NCBI GenBank assembly: GCA_016180285.1
Contig: JACPBO010000006.1
Location: forward strand, 1 to 33,938
Direction: 5' to 3'
Source of the DNA: Candidatus Woesearchaeota archaeon
GTDB taxonomy: Archaea > Nanobdellota > Nanobdellia > Woesearchaeales > JACPBO01
Length of the DNA stretch: 33,938 bases
Under the pieces are notes generated by a model. It did no database searches. It saw only the letters and a program-made list of their open reading frames with translations, and had not been told where the DNA came from. The translations under genes and the position numbers were made by a program. Each line of letters starts with the position of its first letter. Position 1 is the stretch's first letter. This document shows, in pieces, positions 1 to 7,779 of the stretch.

Positions 1-2
1 TC

Positions 3-173
3 AAAAAAACCCCGGGAGAAACTACGGACTCTTTAATTAGAAAATTTACCAAAAAGGTTTTTAATGAGGGAATTTTAGCAGAACTTAAAAAAAGAGAATT
101 TTATCAAAAGCCCTCCCTCAAGCGAAAGCTCGAACGAGAAGAAGCCCGACGGTCAAAAGGAAAATTTAGATAA
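3..173 (+). CDS. rpsU: Bacterial 30S ribosomal protein bS21, 5'-truncated by the window edge
   Basis: Frame 3 reads KKTPGETTDSLIRKFTKKVFNEGILAELKKREFYQKPSLKRKLEREEARRSKGKFR* (TAA 171-173). It matches the bS21 pattern GE..DS.IR.F...V...G.L.E.K.REFY.KPS. Not in the ORF track. Confidence 0.88.
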   Translation, partial: KKTPGETTDSLIRKFTKKVFNEGILAELKKREFYQKPSLKRKLEREEARRSKGKFR

Positions 174-174
174 A

Positions 175-273
175 ATGCCAAACAAAGTAAATGTTCTCCT
201 TTATACGGAGAGTCGTTATATTGTTAATAGAAAAAAAATCAAAAGCGCCATCGCCGAAGTTTTAAAAGAGCAG
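175..273 (+). pseudogene. N-terminal fragment resembling bacterial (CPR-type) rRNA maturation RNase YbeY, fused to the downstream Lrp frame
   Basis: MPNKVNVLLYTESRYIVNRKKIKSAIAEVLKEQ directly follows rpsU, resembles the start of Patescibacteria YbeY, and does not look like an Lrp HTH. Assignment from memory of the family. Confidence 0.55.
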
Positions 274-1005
274 GAATTTATCAGGTTCGTGCAGGAAAAT
301 CCAAATGTCATTTATTCTGCCAGTTATGACGGCAAATTCGATATTGCAGTCAGCATTTGGGCAAAAAATGTCGAGGAATTGGCAGAATCTTTAAAAGAAA
401 TGGAGGCGAAGTTTGAAGGGTATATCGCTGAGAGGCAGATGGCTACAATAATCCGGGGGGAGTATTGCGTCCGGGACTATTTGGTCAATAAAAAAAGCCA
501 TACAAAAAGGAAATTTTTCTTTGGCTCAACTCCCTTTCCCTTTAAAATTGACGTAACAGACAAGAAAATCCTCCTTGAACTCGGGAATGATGCAAGGGTT
601 TCATCAGTTGACATTGCCAATGAGCTGAATTTATCCGCTGATGCCATCTATAAGAGGATAAAAAAATTGGAAAGCACAGGCATTATACAGAACTATAATA
701 TTGTTCCAAATGAAGAGTCTTATCCATATATTCATTACAAATTGCTGATTTCCCTTCAAAACTTAAATGCAGAAAAAGAAAGAAGATTGCATGAATATTG
801 CAGGATGCAAAGTAACATTTGGTACTTTTGTACAACATTAGGGCCATGGAATTTTGAGATAGACCTTGATGTTGAAAATCAGGGTGAATTCAGGCATCTT
901 TTAAGGGAGGTGAAAATTAATTTCTCAGACATAATCAAGGATTATACTGTAATGACAGCATTTCGCACAAACAAATATAATTTTTGCCCGAGTCTCCCTA
1001 AATAG
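265..1005 (+). CDS. Tandem Lrp/AsnC-family transcriptional regulator (first HTH missing; chimeric ORF 175..1005)
   Basis: RAM-like domain (NPNVIY...DGKFDIAV), then an Lrp HTH (IDVTDKKILLELGNDARVSSVDIANELNLSADAIYKRIKKLESTGII), then a second RAM domain (TLGPWNFEIDL). Confidence 0.85.
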   Translation, partial: KEQEFIRFVQENPNVIYSASYDGKFDIAVSIWAKNVEELAESLKEMEAKFEGYIAERQMATIIRGEYCVRDYLVNKKSHTKRKFFFGSTPFPFKIDVTDKKILLELGNDARVSSVDIANELNLSADAIYKRIKKLESTGIIQNYNIVPNEESYPYIHYKLLISLQNLNAEKERRLHEYCRMQSNIWYFCTTLGPWNFEIDLDVENQGEFRHLLREVKINFSDIIKDYTVMTAFRTNKYNFCPSLPK

Positions 1006-1073
1006 GCTGCGAGTTGACAGAAGTAATTCATTAAATTTAAATATCAGTGGATGACTTTCAGGCTGGTGGTATT

Positions 1074-2024
1074 ATGAGATGCTTGATCACTGGAATAACA
1101 GGATTTGCAGGCAGCCATCTGGCTGAGCTTTTGCTTAAGAAAGGCCATGAAGTTTTCGGAACTTCAAGATGGAGAAGCAAGACTGAGAATATTGATCACA
1201 TCAAAAGCAAGATAAAGCTGATTGAAGCTGACATGCGCGATTCCCACAGCATGGATAAGGTGATCAAGGAAGCGAAGCCTGATTATATCTTTCATCTTGC
1301 TGCCCAGTCATTTGTCCAGGCATCCTGGGTTTCTCCGGCAGATACAATGGAGACAAATGTAATCGGCACTATAAATCTTCTGGAAGCTGTAAGGAGAGCA
1401 AATATAAGCCCCGTAATACAGATTGCCTGCTCATCCGAGGAATATGGCGAGGTTAAACAGGATGAAATTCCGATAAAAGAAACACACCAATTAAGGCCAT
1501 TAAGCCCTTACGGAGTTTCCAAGGTTGCTGAAGACATGCTCGGCTACCAGTATTTCAAATCATATGGATTGAAAATCATCAGAACGCGAGGCTTCAACCA
1601 TACCGGTCCGAGGAGAGGCGAAGTATTTGTAACATCTAATTTTTCAAAGCAGATTGTAGAAATTGAAAAAGGCAAAAAAGATCCAGTTATTTTTGTCGGA
1701 AATCTGACTGCAGTAAGGGACTTTACAGATGTCCGCGACATGGTCAATGCCTATCTGCTTGCTGCTGAAAAGGGCATTCCAGGAGAGATTTACAATATAT
1801 GCTCTGGAAAAGGCCACAAGATACAGGAAGTGCTCGATCTTTTGCTTAGCTTTTCAAAGATAAAAATAAAAGTGCAACAGGATCCTTCAAGAATGAGGCC
1901 GAGCGATGTGATGATCTTAATTGGCGACAATTCCAAGTTTGTAAAGCAGACTGGATGGGAGCAGACAATAGAATTCGAGCAGACATTGAAGGATCTTCTT
2001 GATTATTGGAGAGAAAGGGTTTAA
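1074..2024 (+). CDS. GDP-mannose 4,6-dehydratase / GDP-4-keto-6-deoxy-mannose reductase family extended SDR
   Basis: LITGITGFAGSHL, HLAAQSFV, SSEEYG, PYGVSK, FNHTGPR, RDFTDVRD and RMRPSD motifs. ATG at 1074 is preceded by GGTGGT. Confidence 0.9.
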   Translation: MRCLITGITGFAGSHLAELLLKKGHEVFGTSRWRSKTENIDHIKSKIKLIEADMRDSHSMDKVIKEAKPDYIFHLAAQSFVQASWVSPADTMETNVIGTINLLEAVRRANISPVIQIACSSEEYGEVKQDEIPIKETHQLRPLSPYGVSKVAEDMLGYQYFKSYGLKIIRTRGFNHTGPRRGEVFVTSNFSKQIVEIEKGKKDPVIFVGNLTAVRDFTDVRDMVNAYLLAAEKGIPGEIYNICSGKGHKIQEVLDLLLSFSKIKIKVQQDPSRMRPSDVMILIGDNSKFVKQTGWEQTIEFEQTLKDLLDYWRERV

Positions 2025-2752
2025 GCATATCTTTTTCTCACCATCTCCAGCTCTTCAAATGTGCCTATATCAAACCATTCGCCTGTGAATGAATAGCCAT
2101 AAACATCTTCTTTTTTGTGAAGCCATTCGACTAATGATCCTGGCTTGTCAGGCAAACTCTTCTCTTCCAGAAATTCTTTTATTCTGTATAAGCATCTTCT
2201 TGGATAAATATAAATGCATGTTGAGATCAATGTTGATTCCGGATCCTGCGGCTTTTCCTTGAAGCTCATTATTTTATTCTTTTTGTCTATTGAAACAACG
2301 CCGTAAAGCTTTGCCCTTTCCTTTGTTTTCACATCATATAATGCTGTAACAGGCGCATTTTTTGTCTTGTAAAAAGCAATAATGTTTCTCAGATCAAATT
2401 CAAACATATTATCGCTGCCTATGACAATAATGTCATCATCTATCTTTTCCCTGTTTATTAAAAAATCCACATCGCCTATTGCGCCCAAGCGGTTTTCATT
2501 TGAGTTTGTATTGTCATTCAGTATTTTTACCTGTTTTTTTGATTTATATGTTTTTGACCATTCAGAGAATTGGTTAAAAAACTTATTATTGGTTATGATG
2601 TAAATTATGTCTACTTCATTTATCTGCTCTATTTTTTCAATAATGTAATTGAGCATTGGCTTGTTTCCTATGAGAAGAAGTGTTTTTGGCTTGTTTAATG
2701 TCAGCGGATACAGTCTCGTTGCGTAACCGGCTGCAAGAATAATTGCTTTCAT
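2021..2752 (-). CDS. Sugar-1-phosphate nucleotidyltransferase (NTP_transferase family)
   Basis: MKAIILAAGYATRLYPLTLNKPK, EKP and GEWFDIG motifs. ATG at 2752 lies just after the ugd stop. Confidence 0.92.
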   Translation of the reverse strand: MKAIILAAGYATRLYPLTLNKPKTLLLIGNKPMLNYIIEKIEQINEVDIIYIITNNKFFNQFSEWSKTYKSKKQVKILNDNTNSNENRLGAIGDVDFLINREKIDDDIIVIGSDNMFEFDLRNIIAFYKTKNAPVTALYDVKTKERAKLYGVVSIDKKNKIMSFKEKPQDPESTLISTCIYIYPRRCLYRIKEFLEEKSLPDKPGSLVEWLHKKEDVYGYSFTGEWFDIGTFEELEMVRKRYA

Positions 2753-2754
2753 TT

Positions 2755-4020
2755 TTACCAGCATATTCCTTCGTAATTCTTTGGCTTTTTTTCATTAAAA
2801 ACATTCTTGCCGTCTATCACCGGCTTGTCCCCATAGCTGAGATCTCTGAATTCAGGCCATTCTGTCAGTATCAGCACAATATCTGCCCTGTCAACAGCTT
2901 CCTGCGCTGTCTTTGCATAATTCAGATGGGGAAAAATTCTTCTTACATTTTCCATGGCCATCGGATCATAAAGATAAAGCTTTGGCTCCTCAATCAAAAG
3001 CTCCTTTATTATGCTTAATGCAGGGCTTTCCCTTATATCATCTGTTCCGGACTTAAATGTCAATCCTAAAATTGCTATTTTCTTGTTTTTTATGCTGTGC
3101 TTTTCTATTATTTCCAGTAATTTCAATGGCTGCTCTTTATTTACATCCAAAACCGCCCTCAATAATCTCGGATGATAGCCGCGCTCTGTTGCCTTATAGA
3201 TCAAAGCAACAACATCTTTCGGGAAACATGAGCCGCCAAACCCGATTCCTGATCTTAAGAAATACGGATTGATTCTCTTGTCAAAGCCAATGCCTTTTGC
3301 AACAATATTTGTGTCTATTCCTATTCTTTTGCAGACATTGCCTATTTCATTTATGAAGGATATCTTTGTTGCAAGGAAAGCGTTGCTTGCGTATTTTATC
3401 ATTTCAGCTTCCCTGAAAGATGTTTCAAGTACGGGGCATTTGAAATTTTTGTAAAGCTGCTTTAATGTTTCAATTGACTTTTTGTCTGCGCTTCCAATTA
3501 CAATCCTGTCAGGGCTGAAGAAATCATCCAATGCAGAGCCTTCTTTCAGGAATTCAGGGTTCATTGCAATGCCAAAATCCCTTCCGAATTTTTTTCCGGA
3601 ATACTTTTCTAAAATCGGAATTACAGTTTTTTCGCATGTTTCAGGAACAACTGTGCTTTTTATGACAATAAGATGCTTGTCTTTCTTGTTTTTAAGGATT
3701 TTTCCGATTTCCATTGAAACAGTTTCTAATTGATTCAGAATAATGCTGCCTTCTTTTTTTGAAGGCGTTCCGACGCAGATGAATGTTATTTTTGTGTTAT
3801 TTATTGCTTTTTTCAGTTCTGTTGATGCTGTTAAGCTTTTTGGAACAACCTCTTGCAGTAATTCTTTCAGGCCTTTTTCGTATATAGGCGGATCTTTCAT
3901 GTTTATTTTATCCACTTTGTTCTGATCAACATCTACAAGGATTACATTATTTCCCAGTTTGGCCAGCCCTGCTCCCTGTATTAAGCCAACATAGCCTGCT
4001 CCAATTATTGAAATGCCCAT
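2755..4020 (-). CDS. ugd: UDP-glucose/GDP-mannose 6-dehydrogenase family protein
   Basis: IIGAGYVG, FICVGTP, KSTVVP, NPEFLKEG, GFGGSCFPKD (catalytic Cys) and LGLTFKSGTDDIRESP motifs. Confidence 0.93.
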   Translation of the reverse strand: MGISIIGAGYVGLIQGAGLAKLGNNVILVDVDQNKVDKINMKDPPIYEKGLKELLQEVVPKSLTASTELKKAINNTKITFICVGTPSKKEGSIILNQLETVSMEIGKILKNKKDKHLIVIKSTVVPETCEKTVIPILEKYSGKKFGRDFGIAMNPEFLKEGSALDDFFSPDRIVIGSADKKSIETLKQLYKNFKCPVLETSFREAEMIKYASNAFLATKISFINEIGNVCKRIGIDTNIVAKGIGFDKRINPYFLRSGIGFGGSCFPKDVVALIYKATERGYHPRLLRAVLDVNKEQPLKLLEIIEKHSIKNKKIAILGLTFKSGTDDIRESPALSIIKELLIEEPKLYLYDPMAMENVRRIFPHLNYAKTAQEAVDRADIVLILTEWPEFRDLSYGDKPVIDGKNVFNEKKPKNYEGICW

Positions 4021-4116
4021 GCTTGCTTTGAAAATCGAGAGTCTTTAAATATCTTACCATTATCCTACTTTATGCGATAAATTTAAATATTGGAAGGTTA
4101 TTTCATTGGCAAATCG

Positions 4117-4226
4117 AAAAAATCCAGCCAACCATGGTGCCTACGGACAAAACTTCGTGTTTTGTCCTACTCGGGTTTCCCGCAGGGAGCATCCCCTCCC
4201 TAGTCGGCACCATGGCTGGATTTTTT
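4117..4226. repeat. ~110-bp structured palindromic element, copy 1
   Basis: Terminal inverted repeat AAAAAATCCAGCCA(ACCA)TGGTGCC ... GGCACCATGGCTGGATTTTTT, with internal hairpins GGACAAAAC/GTTTTGTCC and TCCC-GCA-GGGA. A homologous copy is at 15018-15131. Confidence 0.9.
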
Positions 4227-4257
4227 TGTGCAATATGTATGTGGGCTTGTAACAACA

Positions 4258-5058
4258 ATGAAAAAGAAAATAAGCATTACAATAAACGAGAAAACATTGA
4301 AAGAGATAGACTCCATAATTGACAATATTTATATCAGGAACAGGAGCCAGGCAATGGAGTTTCTTGTGAATAGCTCTCTTGGGGAGAATAGGGTGGCTGT
4401 CATACTTGCAGGCGGCAGCGAAGAGGATCTGAAACTTGGCAGGGAATACAGAATGACTGCAAAGATCAATAACAGCGCTGTCATTGAAATGGCGATCAAG
4501 AAATTAAAGGAAAACGGCTTTAAAACAATATTCTTCATTGCAAGGCACAATATAATGAGCAGGGTTTTTGACCTTATAGGAGACGGAAGCTTATACGGCA
4601 TGAAAATAAGCTATGTTGAGGAAAAAGAAGCCAGCGGAACAGCAGATTCATTAAGGCTGCTAAGGGGAAAGATAAAAAACAATTTTTTAGTTGTCTATTC
4701 TGACATAATATTTGACAAAATAAACATTGAAGAGCTCTGGAATGACCATCTGAGGCGCAGAAGCATTGCAACACTTATGCTCACAACCTCTCCCACACCG
4801 TCAAAAAAAGGAGTTGTAAGAATGGAGGGAGAAAAGATACTTGAATTTGTGCAGAAGCCGAAGCAGAGCGACATTTACATCGGATTCAGCTCGATCTTTG
4901 CTGCAGAGCCTGAGATCATGGAATACAGCGGAGCAAGCCTTGAGAAAGACGTTTTTCCTGTTTTGGCTTTGAAAGGGCTTTTGCAGGGGCATTTAAGCAG
5001 CCAGAAGGAAACGCATATACATACGAAGAAAGATATTGTTGGCTTTTTAAAATCATAA
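4258..5058 (+). CDS. Ribbon-helix-helix (CopG/NikR-like) domain fused to a degenerate sugar-phosphate nucleotidyltransferase domain; probable regulator
   Basis: N-terminal KKKISITINEKTLKEID...NRSQAMEFLV is RHH-like. It is followed by AVILAGG, GTADSL, FLVVYSD and FVQKP (NTP-transferase fold). ATG at 4258. Confidence 0.8.
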   Translation: MKKKISITINEKTLKEIDSIIDNIYIRNRSQAMEFLVNSSLGENRVAVILAGGSEEDLKLGREYRMTAKINNSAVIEMAIKKLKENGFKTIFFIARHNIMSRVFDLIGDGSLYGMKISYVEEKEASGTADSLRLLRGKIKNNFLVVYSDIIFDKINIEELWNDHLRRRSIATLMLTTSPTPSKKGVVRMEGEKILEFVQKPKQSDIYIGFSSIFAAEPEIMEYSGASLEKDVFPVLALKGLLQGHLSSQKETHIHTKKDIVGFLKS

Positions 5059-5118
5059 TAAAAAACGAAAGATTTATATATACTTTGATATTATACATAT
5101 ATCGATTGATATTAAAAA

Positions 5119-5433
5119 GTGATAAAAATGCAAACCTTAAAACTTACTAAAGATGAACTAATTGAAAAGAAAGACAGTAAAATATTAAGATATCCTAATT
5201 TGAATACTGTGTTGATGGTAGAGGACTTTCTTGAAAAGCACAGAGATGCGCCTTTGCAGATTTCTGAACTGCGAAAGATGCTTCCAAGGCAGGTCATGCA
5301 CCAAACTTTGAAGTTAATTCTTGAATACCTTTGGAGAAGCGGAAAAATAATTTATGGGCCCAGAGGAGTTCAGTGGATTTATTCTACGCCAGAGCATCTG
5401 AGAAGCATGATGGAAGGATCATTAGAGGTATAA
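5119..5433 (+). CDS. Small winged-helix protein, putative antitoxin
   Basis: 104 aa with a wHTH-like segment (PNLNTVLMVE...ELRKMLPRQVMHQTLKLILEYLWRSGKI). It ends 1 bp before a RelE-like gene. Start could be 5119 or 5128. Confidence 0.6.
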   Translation: MIKMQTLKLTKDELIEKKDSKILRYPNLNTVLMVEDFLEKHRDAPLQISELRKMLPRQVMHQTLKLILEYLWRSGKIIYGPRGVQWIYSTPEHLRSMMEGSLEV

Positions 5434-5434
5434 A

Positions 5435-5782
5435 TTGTTTGCAGGAAAAGAGGTCAGGATATTATTGAAATGGCAGGGAAAAGAAGCCTATCTTGCATTA
5501 AAGAAAAGAACTGATAAAGAAGCGCTGTCTATTTTGAATTCCTTTGAAAGGGTCAAGAATATCCTTAAAGACAATCCGCAATATGGCAATCCCATAAGCA
5601 AGGAATTAATCCCCGAAGAGCTTAAAAGAATGGGAATCCAGAACTTGTACAGGGTTGAGCTATCAAATTACTGGAGAATGCTGTATACTATCGAAGGGAG
5701 CACTGTCGAGATATTTCTTTTTGTTTTGAATATAGTTGATCATAAGCAGTACAATAAGCTGTTCGGGTATAAGGATCGTTAG
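5435..5782 (+). CDS. RelE/ParE-superfamily toxin-like protein
   Basis: LKDNPQYG...NLYRVELSNYWRMLYTI...IVDHKQYNKLFGY is a RelE-fold signature. The TTG start has a GAGGT RBS. Confidence 0.7.
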   Translation: MFAGKEVRILLKWQGKEAYLALKKRTDKEALSILNSFERVKNILKDNPQYGNPISKELIPEELKRMGIQNLYRVELSNYWRMLYTIEGSTVEIFLFVLNIVDHKQYNKLFGYKDR

Positions 5783-5804
5783 GGTGCATTTAAAGAACAC
5801 AAGA

Positions 5805-5820
5805 GAAAAACTTATAAATA
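5805..5820 (+). promoter_or_regulatory. Archaeal BRE/TATA promoter of the 5S rRNA
   Basis: GAAAAACTTATAAATA ends ~19 bp upstream of the 5S 5' end. Confidence 0.65.
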
Positions 5821-5838
5821 AACAGCTATTTCTCCCTA

Positions 5839-5953
5839 TTGGACGGTCATAGGGGCTTGGTTCACCGGATCCCATCTCGAACTCCGCAGTTAAGCAAGCC
5901 ACCGTTTCTGGGTGTACTGTGCTCATACATGGGAAACCGGGAAAGCTGTCCAA
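5839..5953 (+). rRNA. rrf: 5S ribosomal RNA (stand-alone)
   Basis: Terminal helix TTGGACGG/CTGTCCAA. Conserved CATA, CACCGGATCCCATCTCGAACTCCGCAGTTAAG, and loop E GTACTG...GGGAAA. Followed by a T-tract. Confidence 0.95.
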
Positions 5954-5962
5954 ACTTTTTTT

Positions 5963-6074
5963 ATTGAAAATTGTTGTGGTTTAATACCTCGGACTTTAGT
6001 CCGACAATTTTCAATCCCGAAAATCGCATGATTAAATACTCTAGACTTTAGTCTGGGGATTAGTGCGATTTTCG
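5963..6074. repeat. Double-hairpin palindromic element with IS200/IS605-end-like inner stems
   Basis: ATTGAAAATTGT/ACAATTTTCAAT encloses TCGGACTTTAGTCCGA, and CGAAAATCGCA/TGCGATTTTCG encloses CTAGACTTTAGTCTGG. The unit AATAC...GACTTTAGTC occurs twice. Confidence 0.8.
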
Positions 6075-6950
6075 TTATTCTTTCAGGTATTTGCTGTGCA
6101 CTTTCAAATACCTTCTGACAAAATAATTGAAAAAGCCATCTTCGCCTTTTTGCAGCGCCTTATAGTAGGATCTTCTCTTTTTATACTCGATTATGAGCAT
6201 AGGGCAGCCGTTATGCCATAAAATATAGTTCATTATAAGCCTGCCAATCCTTCCATTCCCATCTCCGAATGGGTGTATTTTCTCAAACTTATAATGCATT
6301 CTTGCCGCCAGCTCAACTGCATTCATTCCTTTATTCCTATTATAAAATTTAACAAAATCTCCCATTAAACGCCTTACATCCTGCCAGTCTGGAGCAAGGT
6401 AGGCAGCCACCCTGACAAGATAATCGCGAAATCTTCCTGCGATGTCCTGTTTTGTATCTTGAAATACGCCCTTGTGCCATTTCAGAATAAGCCGAATGGA
6501 AAATTTATCTCTTTTTTTAAGTATGCCCAAAAAAAGCTTTACATGCGATTCAGTTTCTTTTACCTCTCTCATCGGCTTATTCGGGGCTATTTTATGCTCT
6601 ACCAATTCACTTGTTTCCTCAAGCGTTATTGTTGAGCCTTCAATGGCATTTGTGTTGTATGTGAAAGCTATCGCAATCTGCTCCTCTGCCTTCTCTTTTA
6701 TTGACTCAGGGTATCTTTGCCATTCTTTCTGAAACCCCTTTTTTATTTTTTCAAAAAGCCCGAACAGGCCGCTCTCATAGCACTCTTCGAGAAAAGCCTT
6801 CTTTAGATTTTCTATGTTTTCAGGTATTGCTTTGCCAAGATATTTTTCTTTTGTCACTACCCTGCCTTTTCTCCTGAAGGAATGCTGCAGATAATAGTAT
6901 TCTTTATTGCCGGTTCTCCGCTTTAACACTCTCATACAGATCATTACCAT
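6075..6950 (-). CDS. Fic/Doc family protein
   Basis: Intact Fic motif HPFGDGNGRIGR, plus TYNTNAIEGST. The basic N-terminal domain (KEYYYLQHSFR) may bind DNA. Confidence 0.93.
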   Translation of the reverse strand: MVMICMRVLKRRTGNKEYYYLQHSFRRKGRVVTKEKYLGKAIPENIENLKKAFLEECYESGLFGLFEKIKKGFQKEWQRYPESIKEKAEEQIAIAFTYNTNAIEGSTITLEETSELVEHKIAPNKPMREVKETESHVKLFLGILKKRDKFSIRLILKWHKGVFQDTKQDIAGRFRDYLVRVAAYLAPDWQDVRRLMGDFVKFYNRNKGMNAVELAARMHYKFEKIHPFGDGNGRIGRLIMNYILWHNGCPMLIIEYKKRRSYYKALQKGEDGFFNYFVRRYLKVHSKYLKE

Positions 6951-6995
6951 TACAAACTATTTAAATTTTTGCTTTTTGCGTGATTTGTAATGGTA
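6945..6995. promoter_or_regulatory. 12-bp inverted repeat flanking the fic TATA box (putative operator)
   Basis: TACCATTACAAA (6945-6956) and TTTGTAATGGTA (6984-6995) are perfect reverse complements around TATTTAAATTTT. Confidence 0.6.
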
Positions 6996-7209
6996 TGTTT
7001 AAGAAGCCAGAAAGCAGCTATATATTGTATAAGACATCGATGGGAGAAGAAGATTACGAATTTATGGAAATTATTGAAGAATTAATGGATTCTTTGAACT
7101 CTATGTCTAGAGAAGAGTTATCATTCATCTCAAAAGATAAATTAAAAAACCTAAGAAAATAGAACTATTAGTCGAAGAATTAAATCATTTGTTAAAACAG
7201 ATCAAATAA

Positions 7210-7779
7210 TTATTTTCCAATACCGAGGATCAACACCGGTATATCAATATCAGCTATGCCTCTTTTCTCTAAGTCCCATACAAACTGTTCAAAATATGAA
7301 ACACCTGTTGACATCATATTTGCCAATTCTTTAATTGGTACAATTTCAACTCCAACATCAATAATATTCAATTTATTGAATATTGTCATTTTTGCACAAA
7401 CATTATAGACCATGAACGAATACTTGCCAAATTGCACTTCCACCCCTAATCTATTTTTTACAAAGTCCATATCCCTATATGGTGGATTTTTTGGACTTTT
7501 GGTAGTATAACCTTCAACATAAAATTTTTTAGGGTAATCACATGTTATCTTATGATTTTTCCATCCAAGTTTTGAGAACTCGTCTTTAAATGCCTTATTA
7601 AGTTCTACAGGACTATACAGCATCTCGCCGGGCATTGTTTTCTCTTTACTTTCTTTGGTCAAATAGTTTTCAGCATTAATTTTGGAAATTACCTCCTTAA
7701 TCTCTTTTAGTTCCTTTGAATATTTCTTATTAATTATTTCTTCTCCATTTTTAAAAGAATAAATTCCTAATATTTTCAT
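7210..7779 (-). CDS. Type II restriction endonuclease, BglII/BstYI family
   Basis: RDMDFVKNRLGVEVQFGKY has the D...E-x-Q active site of BglII-like enzymes. It overlaps the MTase stop. ATG 7779 has a GGAGG RBS. Confidence 0.88.
   Translation of the reverse strand: MKILGIYSFKNGEEIINKKYSKELKEIKEVISKINAENYLTKESKEKTMPGEMLYSPVELNKAFKDEFSKLGWKNHKITCDYPKKFYVEGYTTKSPKNPPYRDMDFVKNRLGVEVQFGKYSFMVYNVCAKMTIFNKLNIIDVGVEIVPIKELANMMSTGVSYFEQFVWDLEKRGIADIDIPVLILGIGK

Noticed and set aside
4134..4322. 62-aa ORF starting inside the palindromic element
   Set aside because: It is a by-product of the GC-rich repeat and overlaps the real gene at 4258 out of frame.
5663..5953. 96-aa minus-strand ORF
   Set aside because: It is antisense to the 5S rRNA and the RelE-like gene.
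5983..6060. CRISPR array from the repeated AATAC...GACTTTAGTC unit
   Set aside because: There are only two degenerate copies embedded in hairpins, with no spacer series and no cas genes.
6980..7162. 60-aa ORF between fic and the endonuclease (possible antitoxin or C-protein)
   Set aside because: It has no HTH or recognisable Fic-inhibitory motif and an uncertain start. It could be a real small acidic protein, but the sequence does not support a call.
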